From contig CP060758.1 of assembly GCA_023205875.1 (NCBI GenBank), positions 620,001 through 684,000 of the forward strand: a stretch of 64,000 nucleotides of DNA, written 5' to 3'. The notes under the pieces are model-generated. The model was not told the DNA's origin and did not search any database. It worked only from the letters and a program-made list of their open reading frames with translations. The stretch comes from Chloropicon primus (taxonomy: Eukaryota). Position numbers and translations under genes: made by a program. Each line of letters opens with the position of its first letter. Within the stretch, counting starts at the first letter, position 1. Positions 21,185 through 31,802 of this stretch are shown one piece after another.

Positions 21185-22924
21185 TCACGAGTTGGAAAAG
21201 CCCAGGGTTTGCAGAACGACGAATTGGAGGCTCTCTTTCGTGATGAGGTCCAAGTAACTGTCCTCGGAGGGCAAGTTCATCACCCTCATTCGTATGAGGA
21301 GGCAGGCAATGACGTGCTTCTTCATCCAGCTCGATCTCAAGTTCTGGCAGTCCTCGCTCTTGAGAAAGGCCTGATAGTGCTCTTGCAGCGTCAGCAGAAC
21401 ACTCAGCTGAACCTGCGCTAGAGCGTCCAAGAGGCACTCGTAGTGCTGCGATAGGTACTGCCCAAGCAGCCTCTTGTTCAGCATGATCCTTTTGATGGGA
21501 GACTTGATCAGCTGGTCATTGAGCGCATCTCCGCTCAAGAATATTTTGTTCGGCAGACTATGCGCAGCATCACTCTCCATGGCTTCCGACAAAAAGATCG
21601 ACGCGGTGTTGTCCACGCTCTCATCAAAATTCTGCACCATGTCCCACTGCTCCAGCTTGTTGTAGAGCCTTTGCACCTGCGCCGTGAGGCTGCTGAAGTT
21701 CGAGTCCCAGCTGTTTGGATTCGTTCCCTCGTTCTTCTGCCCTGGTATATCCTCCAGCTTGATGTTTATCGTCTCGATCTCGTACCACTTGAGCAGATTA
21801 TCCAAGCCCTCTTCCTTCCCGCTGCCCCACCTTCCCAGGAAACCTTGAAATGCCTCGAGACCCAGAATGTCCCTCAACAAGCCCTTGTCGTTGGAGCTGT
21901 GGAGGTCCGAAGTGTTGCTTGCTATGCCCCCCTGCACAGCAATGAACCTCCTTTTCTGTTTGCAGTCCAAGGCATCCGCGACGTAAGAGTCGACGGATGC
22001 TTGGTAGTTCTTGCGGAAACTTCTGGCGAGTGGCAGGAGCCCGTTGATCAAAAAGTGAAGAGCAACTCGCACGTACACCAGGAGGGACACGATGTCACCC
22101 TTTGCCATCTCAAGAAAACTTTCCAGGGGTCCCAGCCTATCAAACTGAAGGAACAGGAGGGACTGGCACAAGGAAATGCTGAAGAGGGGCGCGAGCTCGT
22201 ACCTGCTTTCCAAGAGCTCCGGGAAATACTTTGCGGGAGCCTCCCAGACCAGGGCCCAAAAGAACAACAGGGACTCCACGAGGTGGACAATGAACCAATA
22301 AAAGCTTTGCTTTCTCGCCTGAGACTCTGAAGCGTCTTCGCTGAGGCACTGCACGGTTGGCTCCACCATCCAGCCTTGGCCGAAGACGAGCCGCAGCTGG
22401 TACTGCACGCTGGCGAGGATGACCAGGACTAGTGCCAACCAAGAAACGATAGAGCTCTGCCTCATGAGGCTGAAGTCCTTGGGAAAGGAGTCTCGGTTGT
22501 TCCCCTCGCTTCCGATGGCCAGGAACGCGTCCAGCAAGCCGCCCTCGGCCTGTATCAGCTTTCTTGCCTTTGCGTATATAATCAAGTTTCTCAGATGCCT
22601 CAAGACACACGGTCCCGTGAGAAGCGCGTACGCCAACAGCTGGAGGTGGAAGCCTGACTGACAGATCAAGTCTCCCTTTCCGAAGGTCACCGCAAAGGAC
22701 GTCCACATGAAAAGCGCGTATGCGCCGAGGAGGGTGGACGTCACGAGCCACTGGCCTTTGGCCTTGATAGGCTGGAGCCTTCTCCTGATGAACACAAAGT
22801 AAACGTTCAGCGTGAACACAAGAGTCACGAACAGGAGGCCGGCCTCCGACCAGGACTTCTTTGGCTTCACATTGTGGGGGCTTGGCGAGGGCACGTCTCC
22901 CCAGCCGTCAAAAACGTCTCTCAT
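21185..22924 (-). CDS. Seven-transmembrane protein with C-terminal RGS-like domain (7TM-RGS)
   Basis: Seven hydrophobic segments in aa ~28-300 with RRRLQPIKAK after TM1 and GPCVLR..R after TM3. RGS-like helices LLRDILGLEAFQGFL...DNLLKWYEIE and AQVQLSVLLTLQEHYQAFLKS. Confidence 0.75.
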   Translation of the reverse strand: MRDVFDGWGDVPSPSPHNVKPKKSWSEAGLLFVTLVFTLNVYFVFIRRRLQPIKAKGQWLVTSTLLGAYALFMWTSFAVTFGKGDLICQSGFHLQLLAYALLTGPCVLRHLRNLIIYAKARKLIQAEGGLLDAFLAIGSEGNNRDSFPKDFSLMRQSSIVSWLALVLVILASVQYQLRLVFGQGWMVEPTVQCLSEDASESQARKQSFYWFIVHLVESLLFFWALVWEAPAKYFPELLESRYELAPLFSISLCQSLLFLQFDRLGPLESFLEMAKGDIVSLLVYVRVALHFLINGLLPLARSFRKNYQASVDSYVADALDCKQKRRFIAVQGGIASNTSDLHSSNDKGLLRDILGLEAFQGFLGRWGSGKEEGLDNLLKWYEIETINIKLEDIPGQKNEGTNPNSWDSNFSSLTAQVQRLYNKLEQWDMVQNFDESVDNTASIFLSEAMESDAAHSLPNKIFLSGDALNDQLIKSPIKRIMLNKRLLGQYLSQHYECLLDALAQVQLSVLLTLQEHYQAFLKSEDCQNLRSSWMKKHVIACLLIRMRVMNLPSEDSYLDLITKESLQFVVLQTLGFSNS

Positions 22925-23323
22925 GCGACCCGATTGGACGCTTCAGCTCTGTTGCTTGCCTCTTCCGTTTAGAGCGAGTGCACTCACTCCATCCTCGCCG
23001 GCTACTGGCCAGCAGCACCAACGCTCTGCCTCTCCTTTCACTTCCGCTGCTGCCAACGCCTTGGGCGAGCTTGGGACCGGGCCCCTGGTCCCAAGTTCGT
23101 GCTATGAAGGGGCCACCACAAGGCCCCACTCGCAGGCAAGAAGACTCCAAGTCACCTCGCCCTCCTCGCCTCAGCCTTGCGAAACACAACACCTTTGGAG
23201 GAGCAAGGGACAAAGCTCCCTTGGCCAAAGCCACACACGAGCCGAGCTAGGGGAGAAGACACGAACGAGTGGCAGCCCACGAAACAGACAAGGGAGACAG
23301 AGACAGAGACAGAGAGTGTGTGA

Positions 23324-23376
23324 GACTCGGACTGGGACTCGGACTTGGACTCGGACTCGGACTCGGACTCGGACTC
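23324..23376. repeat. (GGACTC)n hexamer microsatellite
   Basis: About 9 units with two variants; intergenic/5' region. Confidence 0.85.
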
Positions 23377-23789
23377 CTCCTGCAACCAAGCAATGTGGAC
23401 AATCGAAAAGACAGTTTTGACAAGATCATCGTATAGGTAGAGGCGAGAAATGGGTGTTTGTTTGAAGAACGCGTTCAGGGCGGAGACGGAGAGCCAAGGG
23501 GGTGAACGAGGCGACGAGAGAGAGAGAGCGCGACAGAGAGAGAGAGAGAGCGACAGAGAGAGAGAGAGAGAGGAGAGGAGAGGAGGAGAGGGAGAGGATT
23601 ACCCGTTTTCCCCTTTTCGTGTTGGAAACTGTGGCAAGGCTTTGTCGTGGCTTTTGTCGAAGAGGGGAGACTTCTTTGTTCGGAACCTTCGTTTGAAAGT
23701 GGGTCGGACCTCGGGAGGTCGGTTTTGTTTCTTTGTGTGTGAGAACGTGAGAGGAGCCGAGGGTTGGCTGGCTTTGTGACAGGAGCGAG

Positions 23790-24731
23790 ATGTTCAAGAA
23801 GCTGTTTGGAAAGCCGAAGCAGTCGGCGGCGACGGAGGTCAAGCCCCACGGCCAGACGAACGCCATGGCCACCATCGAGAGGCTGAACGAGGTATGTATG
23901 TGTGCCTCGACTCCGCGCGCGGGTGGTGGTGCGGCTCGAGGAACGGCGCTCTTTGATCCCTGAGTCTGACGCCGCCTCTCACGATTCTTCTTCTGCTTGC
24001 TTTTTCCTGCGCGCGCGAGAAACAGACGCTCGAGATGCTGGAGAAGAGGGAGGCCTTGCTACAGAAGAAGATGGCCGAGGAGATCAGGAAAGCGAAGGAG
24101 TACACGAAGATGAAGAACAAGAGAGGTAAGCCTTTGACGGATCGAGGGGCAGCTTTTCGGGCGGACTGACTGATTGCCTTGCCGTCGTTTTGCTCGAACG
24201 CCTACGACATCCACCACCGCACTCCACACAGCTGCACTCCAATGCCTGAAGAGGAAAAAGATGTACGAGGCCCAGGCGGACCAACTGGCGAACCAACAGT
24301 TGAGGATCCACGACCAGAAGATTATGCTCGAGGGAGCCAAGGCCACGACGGAGACTGTCTCGGCGATGAGGTCGGGCGCGGAGGCCATGAAGAAGCTTCA
24401 GAAGGAGACGAACATAGACGACGTAGACAAGACCATGGAGGAGATTAACGAGCAGACGGAGAACCTGAGACAGATCAACGATGCTCTTGGCCAGCCAATC
24501 GGCTTTGCGGCTGAGATAGATGAGGATGACCTGGATGCGGAGCTGCAGGAGCTGGAGGCGGAGGAGCTGGACAGGCAACTGATGGAGCCGGCTATTCCCC
24601 CAACTTCGGCCAGGGCCCAGCAGGAGGAATTCTCAGGCCTGGACCTCCCGACGGTTCCGACGGGCGGCATGACATCTGCGGCGACGGAGGACGACGAACT
24701 CAAAGCTTTGGAAGCAGAGATGGCTCTGTAG
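23790..24731 (+). CDS. SNF7: ESCRT-III SNF7/VPS32; exons 23790-23891, 24026-24125, 24232-24731
   Basis: MFKKLFGK...TLEMLEKRE..LQKK...KNKRAALQCLKRKKMYE...IDEDDLDAEL...DDELKALEAEMAL; both introns GT..CAG and in phase. Confidence 0.92.
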
Positions 24732-24891
24732 GACGACCTGACAGTGTTTGGAAGAAATGTGTAGACAAGGAAAAAAAAAAAACGAGCTGCGGGGGCGGGG
24801 GGAGGAAAATGTACAATAAGTGAGAAGGAGCCAAAAATATGTGTAAAGCCTTCCACCACACTTTAGTTTCTTGCGACGAGCTTTTTCTTCT

Positions 24892-25856
24892 TCACCCTTC
24901 TTTCTCGCCCGCCCCGTTTGCGATCTTGAGCTTCTTCTGGGGACTCTCCCCCATCACCATGTTCTCCAAGAAACTCGCGTTTTGTGTCGGCAGGCTCGTC
25001 CCCAGCTCCAGGGTCTCCGGTTTTATGTTCGTCGCATTGTAACACGACTCGGTCATCTCCAGGATATCCTCCGTCCTTTCTGTCCTCTCTACCTGCAGTT
25101 CAGTTACACCCGTGTTGCTATTGTACATCGAGAGGGGAGTCTTGTCCTCGAAAACAGAGGGGAAGTTGCCCATCTCCCTGACTCCTACCTGGGAGGAGGT
25201 ACTCGCGTCGCCTTGCTGCAGCCTGGTGCCCCCCTCCGACTCCTCCTTCTCTCCAGCTTCCTTCTTCTCCGGAGTCGGCTCGCTCGGCGGACTCCGCAGC
25301 GCCTCGACTTCCCTCCTCAATTCGACATCGCTCGGCAGGTTTTGGGCGCCCAAGCCCTCGGAGTGCCGCACGGTCTCCGTCACCATCAGACACTTCTCGA
25401 GCGCCCAAGCGAACTGCTCCAGCTTCGAATAGTATTCCTCCGGGACCACGAGAATTTCGCAGATCCTCTGTATCGTGAAAGGGTACTCCCTGAAGGACCC
25501 CAGAAGCCCCGACAACCTTCCTGACAACTCCCTGTCACTCCGCCCCTCGTAGCCCTTTATCCTCTCCTCCAGGAGCAACGTCACCAATGGCCTGACCTTC
25601 TCCCACGGATACCGAAGGACGCCTGCGAGGAAAGAAAATGGGAGAGCACAGGTGTCAGCGCGCCGAAAAGGGTCCTCAGCCGTAAACCACGAGCGTTGCG
25701 AAGACACTTACCCCTCGTGGCTATCTCGCCGAGCACCCGCCAAAGGTGCTCCTCTTCCTTCTTTCTGACCTCGCTGGTCCCCTCCTCGTGGCCACCGTCC
25801 CACCCCGCGCAGTCCACGGAAACCGTCGCAGCCACCTCCGCCTTCCTCTCTGCCAT
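24892..25856 (-). CDS. PPP4R2: Protein phosphatase 4 regulatory subunit 2; exons 25856-25712, 25622-24892
   Basis: IATRG|VLRYPWEKVRPL and PFTIQRICEIL..PEEYY...FAWALEKCLMVT. Confidence 0.85.
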
Positions 25857-27270
25857 AGCGCTTCACCTGTTCACGACTCGCACCTCAATCAAATAATCCC
25901 AAAGGCATCCCCCCATCCTCTCTCACGAATATTGCAAAAACTTCCTCCCGTCCCTCACCCTCTTCCCACACCCTCCCGAAAGTTTGTGACGCTCGAAAAC
26001 GATTCCCTTCGAGGGACTCGTCCTCGTGCTCTCCTCCCGTCGCTTCCCCCCCTCGCTCCCGTCTCCCTTTCGCCAACAAGACCGCGCGCTGTCCACCGCC
26101 TTGACTCACCTTTGCTCGTGACTCATCGGTTTCTCCAGAATCAGATGTTCTGATGCTGACAGAAGAGAGGAGATGTGGTGTGGATCGATCGCGAGCGAGA
26201 GCGAGGACGGTGGGCAAGAACCCTTCCCTTCCCGTCAACAGAAGCCGAAAGGGATCGAGCCCCTTTCGATGCCGGAAGGCTTGCTGCCCGTCCACCGCCT
26301 TGCTCGAGGCCGAAATACTCACTTTTCTCCTGTCTTGCAAAGTAAGCTGTAGTCGTCAACTTCTTTTGCTTTCATTCTAGCCTTGGGGTCGGGCATCGAT
26401 CCCGATGATGGTGATGGGAAGACCCTTCCCGTCAGCAGGTGCCTCTCAAAGTGATCGATCCGCCCTTTTCGAACGGTTTCCTGCCTGCACCACCACCATC
26501 TTGCTGCCGTGGCGAAGAAGAGAGAGAGAGGACTGAACTGTGAACTGTGAACTGCGTGAGGGAGAGAGAGGGGGGGGCAAAGGCAGGGTGGGAGCTGAGG
26601 GAGGGAAAGCCATGGAAGGAAGATCGCTCTCCTCCCTGGTAAGACAAAAAGAAAAAGATTTTTTGTGGTGTGGTGTGTGGGAGAGAGAGAGAGAGTGTGT
26701 GAAGCCAATGAAGCAATGCATCCCTTCCCATCGTTTCAGTTTCGTTCTCTCCCCGTCCCTGTCCCCCTTACACTCGTTTCTGACCACAGCAGTCTGACTT
26801 TCTCCTTCCAAAAAGACATCGTTTCGTGTAGTAAAAAGGTCTTGCGAGTTCCACGACATTTGAAGACGTTTGAGAGAAGGAATTGGTCGTTTGAGAGAGA
26901 GCAAAGGTGGAAGCCTTGGCGAGCCAAGGTGGGTGTGTGTGAGAGAGAGAGAGAGAGAGAGAGGAGTTGAAAGGAGTTGAAAGGAGTTAAGAGGACCTTG
27001 GTGGGTCAAGACATTGCCTGGCGTGCGTCAAGACAATGGTTTGCAGGAGAAAGACGAGTGTGGGGTAGGGAGAAGGCCCCGAAAGAATCAGGAAACGGTT
27101 CCCCCGTAAGCGTGTGATAGTCCTGAAAAAGGTCCCTCGACGGGAAAGGGTGAGGAAAGAGGGAGCTCTTTGTGTCTTGCTGCAAGACGAAAGGGTGTGG
27201 CACCTCGACACTTGGTTGCAGTTCTTTCGGTATTTTTTCTTGACGCGGGGGAGAGAAAGAAGGAGCAAAG

Positions 27271-29151
27271 ATGCCACCACCAAATCCCTCGAGGAGGATG
27301 TCCGCCATACACCTTATGGTGGACGACATGTCCATGAAGTTCCTTCAGGACCAGCAAAAGAAGAAGCCTCCCCTGATGTTTCACCCGTACTCGGTGGCCA
27401 GGAACTACTGGGACTACATGCTTATCGTCCTGGTGGCGTACACGGCTGCAGTGATACCCTGGAACGTTGCGTTCCAGATGCGAGATGACTGTGACGCCGA
27501 GGCCCCGACGACCGAGGAAGGGGAGGAGCTTGGCTGCATACCAGACTCCATCAAGGCCCTTGATATTCTGGTCGATGTTCTCTTCTGGTTAGATATACTG
27601 GTCAACTTCCGGACGGCCTACGTGGACAACAAGAGGCACACGATATTTGACCAGAAGCAGGTTGCCTTGCACTACGCAAAGGGCTGGTTCACGCTGGACT
27701 TCATCGGAACGTTCCCTTTCGAGCTCGTAGCAAAGTCGATCATATCCTCAAGCAGCGGCGACCTTGCCAACAAGGATATTATGTACCTGAGGCTCTTGAA
27801 ACTACCTAGAATTATAAGGGCGGCTCGTTTGGTCAAGAAGCTGGACATCTTCACGAGCAACAAAACCATCAGAGTCCTCAAGTTGATCTTCCTCTTCTTG
27901 CTGCTGGGGCATTGGGTGGGATGCATCTGGTACTTTGTTGGATCATGGCAGGCAGAGAACGTGGGAGCGAACATCTTTACCGGAGACTTCGTGTGGATTC
28001 AGAGGCCCTTGCTGAACGGGAACGGCTATGACAGGACTGACGTGAGAACAAAGTATACCGCAGCAGTCTACTGGGCACTGACGACGATGACGAGTGTGGG
28101 ATATGGTGACATCGTTCCGCTCACCAATATTGAGAGGTACTACACGATTTTCGTCCAGCTCCTGGGTGCGATCTGCACTGCTGTTATCTTTGGTAACGTG
28201 GGAGCTGCTCTGATATCGCACGAGAACGCCCTGGCGAAGAACAGCGAGAGGGTGCAAACCATCAATGAAATCCTCGACTTTCATGATTTGCCTGACGAGC
28301 TCCTTGACCGCATAAAGGAGAACATTAACTACATGCTCATCCGACACCGTGGCCTCGATTCGTCGCAAATGCTCAACGACCTGCCTGGCAACCTGAGGAC
28401 GGACCTGTTGGTGCAGTCGATGGGTACGGTCATTTCCTCGTCGCACATGTTCAAAAAGTGCAAGAGCCAGGGATTTATCAGAACGATTGTGTCGCACCTG
28501 CGGCCTGAGGCTTATTGCCCTGACGATGTCATTTACTACCAGGGCGAGTGCAGCAAGCACCTGTATTTTATAGAGACTGGAAGCGTGAAGCTACTCTTTG
28601 GGAAAGAGATGTTCCTCCTGGCCGTTCTGAAGGAGAAGGACCACTTTGGTGAAACGGAGTTGTTCTCCCCACGAAAAAGGATGGTCACCGTGCAAGCTAT
28701 CACGTTCTGTGACGTCCATTGCTTGCTGGCAGACGACCTGGAGACGACCTTGAAGATGTTCAAGGAATGCCAGGACAACGTAATGGAGTTTGTCCAAAGC
28801 AGAAGAAAGGCCTTCGAGGTCCTTGCGACGAAGAGGGGAAGCAGATCTTTTTCCATAAGCGACGCACCGAACTCGCTTGAGGACTACCAGGAAGAGCTCG
28901 ACAAATACGCACAAAAAATTCAGGGCGACACCAAGGACTTGAACACCGAGAACGATGCGCAGTCCAGACAAAACCGGAACTTGGAGATCGTGTACAAAGC
29001 ATTAGAGAAGATCAAAGACCAGATGAAGTACGTGAAGCAGGCTCAAACAAAACTTGGCGAGAAGCTAGAAGAGTACGAAAGTATGCAAGCTCACCCAGTG
29101 AACATCACTCCTGCAACTAGTCCTGCTGAAGTACGTGAAGATTCCAAATAA
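27271..29151 (+). CDS. 6TM voltage-gated K+ channel with cyclic-nucleotide-binding domain (EAG/HCN/plant Shaker superfamily)
   Basis: S4 LRLLKLPRIIRAARL, selectivity filter TMTSVGYGD, C-linker, CNBD FGETEL...R.VTV.A.TFC, C-terminal coiled coil. Confidence 0.92.
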   Translation: MPPPNPSRRMSAIHLMVDDMSMKFLQDQQKKKPPLMFHPYSVARNYWDYMLIVLVAYTAAVIPWNVAFQMRDDCDAEAPTTEEGEELGCIPDSIKALDILVDVLFWLDILVNFRTAYVDNKRHTIFDQKQVALHYAKGWFTLDFIGTFPFELVAKSIISSSSGDLANKDIMYLRLLKLPRIIRAARLVKKLDIFTSNKTIRVLKLIFLFLLLGHWVGCIWYFVGSWQAENVGANIFTGDFVWIQRPLLNGNGYDRTDVRTKYTAAVYWALTTMTSVGYGDIVPLTNIERYYTIFVQLLGAICTAVIFGNVGAALISHENALAKNSERVQTINEILDFHDLPDELLDRIKENINYMLIRHRGLDSSQMLNDLPGNLRTDLLVQSMGTVISSSHMFKKCKSQGFIRTIVSHLRPEAYCPDDVIYYQGECSKHLYFIETGSVKLLFGKEMFLLAVLKEKDHFGETELFSPRKRMVTVQAITFCDVHCLLADDLETTLKMFKECQDNVMEFVQSRRKAFEVLATKRGSRSFSISDAPNSLEDYQEELDKYAQKIQGDTKDLNTENDAQSRQNRNLEIVYKALEKIKDQMKYVKQAQTKLGEKLEEYESMQAHPVNITPATSPAEVREDSK

Positions 29152-29189
29152 AATCGTTACTTTTACACACAGCATTTTACAAATTATTC

Positions 29190-31802
29190 CTACAAAAAGC
29201 TCTCCTTAAGGTACACGAACTTACTGAACGTGGTGTCCATGTTGCTGCTGTGCCGCCCGATATTGTCCAAGCAGCTTTTGAGCTCCGCTTTCCCGTTCCT
29301 GGACAAGAGGTTTTCTTTGACCATCTCGTACAAAACAGTGCTGACCGCGCAGCTGCTCAGGGCGTTGTCGTCGCTCTCCAGCACCTGCAACTCGTTTTTC
29401 AGGCGCAGAGACCCTTTCGTGACGAATTCGCTCAAGACGGTGATCAGCGATGGCACCAGGAACTCCGCTTTCCTTGCAGTAGCCCACATGCTCTCAAGCT
29501 GAGTTGAGCGCTTGCTGGACCCTTCTCCTTTGACGTCACCGATGCCCCACTTCAGGAGGACAAACGCCAGAGGAGCGGAGATCAGGTCTTTCAGAGACTG
29601 TGCAGTTTCCGCAGTCAAGTCAACTTCGGAAACCACTTCACCAAAGACAGTGATGAGAGCCCCAAGCAAGTGCACATTTGCGTCCTTTAGCCCGGCGATG
29701 ACAGAATCCCCCAAGGAAAGCAGAGCTGCGCAGGGGCTGGAAAAGCTTGTCTTCAGGCACATGCAAGCATAGAGCGTTACGGTCTCAGCTCTGTCCGATC
29801 GCTTGCGGCAGCTTTGGAGTATCAATGAAGAGAGCACACTGATTCGTGCGTGAGCGCTCTCTTCTGCCGCTCCGCCGGTCACCGAATACAACAACTTGGT
29901 ACAAATGTTCTCTGACAGTGCGGGGTTGAGAACGCACAGAGTCAGGGATTTGACCACTTTCTCAGAGAGCGGGGCCAGGTAATGAAGGACGCTCGACAAA
30001 TCCAACTGAAAAGCCCAGCCAAGGGAGACGAAGGGTCCCCAAAACGTGCCTCTCTCCATGGGAACCGCAAAGATAGGCACCAGCTGCAACTGCAACGACT
30101 CCTTCTCCTTCGAGCCCAGGGGTTTGGCGCATTGCAAAAGCCTGAGCAGCACTTTTGACCCGAGACCGCAAGTTCTGTTGTCACTTTCCTTGAAAGCTTC
30201 CCAGATGATCTTGGGAATCACGTTCAGCCACTTAAGTCGATCCTCGTCTGAGCAGTGCTTCAAGATGTAGTCTTCCTCCTCAAAGGCTGTCTGGAGGATC
30301 ACCCTCTTGACATCAAAATCTTTTGACCCCTCCAGTATTTTGCAAAGGTTGCCGATGAACAGCGCCCGCGTGTCTGGTTCCACCCACTTTAACATCTTTA
30401 TGCTAGAGGCCGCTAGAGAATGAAGCCGGCCCTCTGCTTTGTCGGGCTCGCAGGATTCTCTGCTCAAGGAACTTTCCTCCAAAACCCTCGATGTGAAGCC
30501 CCAAGTGCTCTCGATGACGCCTTGAAGCGACGGCTGACCCTCCTCGCAATTCTTTGCTTCCTCGTCTTCCGAAGCCTTCCCCAAATGACTGACGCAGGAG
30601 AGCAGCAAGTTTGTGCAATTGATATTGTACGCCAGGAAGTCCTCCTCCTTCTTCGAAACAGAAGACTGGTCGTCGCCGTTTACTGGAAACTGACGGGCGG
30701 TGTCTCTCATCACTTCTCTTATCTGCGTCGAGTCAAAGTCTTCGTACGTATCCAGGAGAAAGAATAGGCAGGATGTCACTCTGCAAGCAATATCAAAGTA
30801 GTCCTTTACGCGTCTGTCTGTTTCGACCTCCTTGTGGTCATTGAAATGGATTCGGAAGATGTTCATGAGCCTCCTCAAGTTCACAAACAGGTTCACCTCC
30901 TGGCGGTGAACCTGCCCGGCTTCCGACGAGCCGCTCCCGCCGGCCGCTTGAAGGAGGTCCTGATACTCTTGAGGAAACTTTCTTCGAAACACCCTTTGCC
31001 AGCTGTCCTTGAGCTCCAGGGATTCAAAGGACCTCGACCCGCCGTGCCTCTCAGGCACCCTGAACATATTCAGAGACATCTCTATGCACGCGACCAGTTT
31101 CATCACAAACTTCGACCTCGACTCCACGTTGGAGGCCTCAGCAAACAGCTGCGTGAGGATCGCGTTGAAGTTCTCCATCAGCCTTCGGAAGAATTCGTCG
31201 TCCTGCTCCGAGAGGGCCCGGCCCAAGTGCATCAGCATGACGGACAAGGCTTCTATGCCGTCGGTGCTGACCTCGTGGCTCAGGTGCGTCATGGCTTTGA
31301 AGATGTGGACCAAGAAGAGCGGCACGAAAGGTTTGAGCTTCCCCTCGTGGTCCGAGGCTTGCCCGGTCCGCTGCGTGAAGAGGGTGGTGAGGACTTGGAG
31401 CACCACCTTCCTCACCTTGTTGCAGCTGTCGACAAGAGCTTCCAAGACGCACTGGATGACTTGCGACAGAGACTGCCCCGTCTTGCTCACGTCGTACTGC
31501 TGGAGCAGCTCGAGGACGCCCTGGAGGGCGTTGACCCTCACTTTCTGGTTGTAGTGCCTCGACTGGCGGATCAGCGCCTCCATCGAGACCATCCTCTTGG
31601 TGAGCACGATGTCCTCCTCGCCGTCTGCACCCCCATCGTCATACTTGCTGATTATGTTCTGGTTGGGCAAGTTGATGGACTTGGTCTTAAAGTCCGTGTT
31701 CGTCTCGTTCACCTTCTTCAGCTTCCTTCCGACCTTGGACTTGACGCGTTTGAAGTCCACCCCCACGCCCGGGTTCTTCCTCTTCTTCTTCGTCCTCACC
31801 AT
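29190..31802 (-). CDS. TEX10: Pre-60S Rix1-complex subunit TEX10/IPI1
   Basis: DFKRVKSKVGRKLK..NETNTDFKTKSINLPNQ, HYNQKVRVNAL and AMTHLS; ARM/HEAT-like helical body. Confidence 0.85.
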   Translation of the reverse strand: MVRTKKKRKNPGVGVDFKRVKSKVGRKLKKVNETNTDFKTKSINLPNQNIISKYDDGGADGEEDIVLTKRMVSMEALIRQSRHYNQKVRVNALQGVLELLQQYDVSKTGQSLSQVIQCVLEALVDSCNKVRKVVLQVLTTLFTQRTGQASDHEGKLKPFVPLFLVHIFKAMTHLSHEVSTDGIEALSVMLMHLGRALSEQDDEFFRRLMENFNAILTQLFAEASNVESRSKFVMKLVACIEMSLNMFRVPERHGGSRSFESLELKDSWQRVFRRKFPQEYQDLLQAAGGSGSSEAGQVHRQEVNLFVNLRRLMNIFRIHFNDHKEVETDRRVKDYFDIACRVTSCLFFLLDTYEDFDSTQIREVMRDTARQFPVNGDDQSSVSKKEEDFLAYNINCTNLLLSCVSHLGKASEDEEAKNCEEGQPSLQGVIESTWGFTSRVLEESSLSRESCEPDKAEGRLHSLAASSIKMLKWVEPDTRALFIGNLCKILEGSKDFDVKRVILQTAFEEEDYILKHCSDEDRLKWLNVIPKIIWEAFKESDNRTCGLGSKVLLRLLQCAKPLGSKEKESLQLQLVPIFAVPMERGTFWGPFVSLGWAFQLDLSSVLHYLAPLSEKVVKSLTLCVLNPALSENICTKLLYSVTGGAAEESAHARISVLSSLILQSCRKRSDRAETVTLYACMCLKTSFSSPCAALLSLGDSVIAGLKDANVHLLGALITVFGEVVSEVDLTAETAQSLKDLISAPLAFVLLKWGIGDVKGEGSSKRSTQLESMWATARKAEFLVPSLITVLSEFVTKGSLRLKNELQVLESDDNALSSCAVSTVLYEMVKENLLSRNGKAELKSCLDNIGRHSSNMDTTFSKFVYLKESFL

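Noticed and set aside
23152..23389. ESESES / VRVRVR mini-ORFs
   Set aside because: Translations of the (GGACTC)n microsatellite; no ATG-supported coding context.
26963..26988. Short direct repeats (GGAGTTGAAA x ~3; also TGAACTG repeats near 26533) as CRISPR-like arrays
   Set aside because: Perfect tandem units without spacers in a eukaryotic intergenic region; simple slippage repeats.
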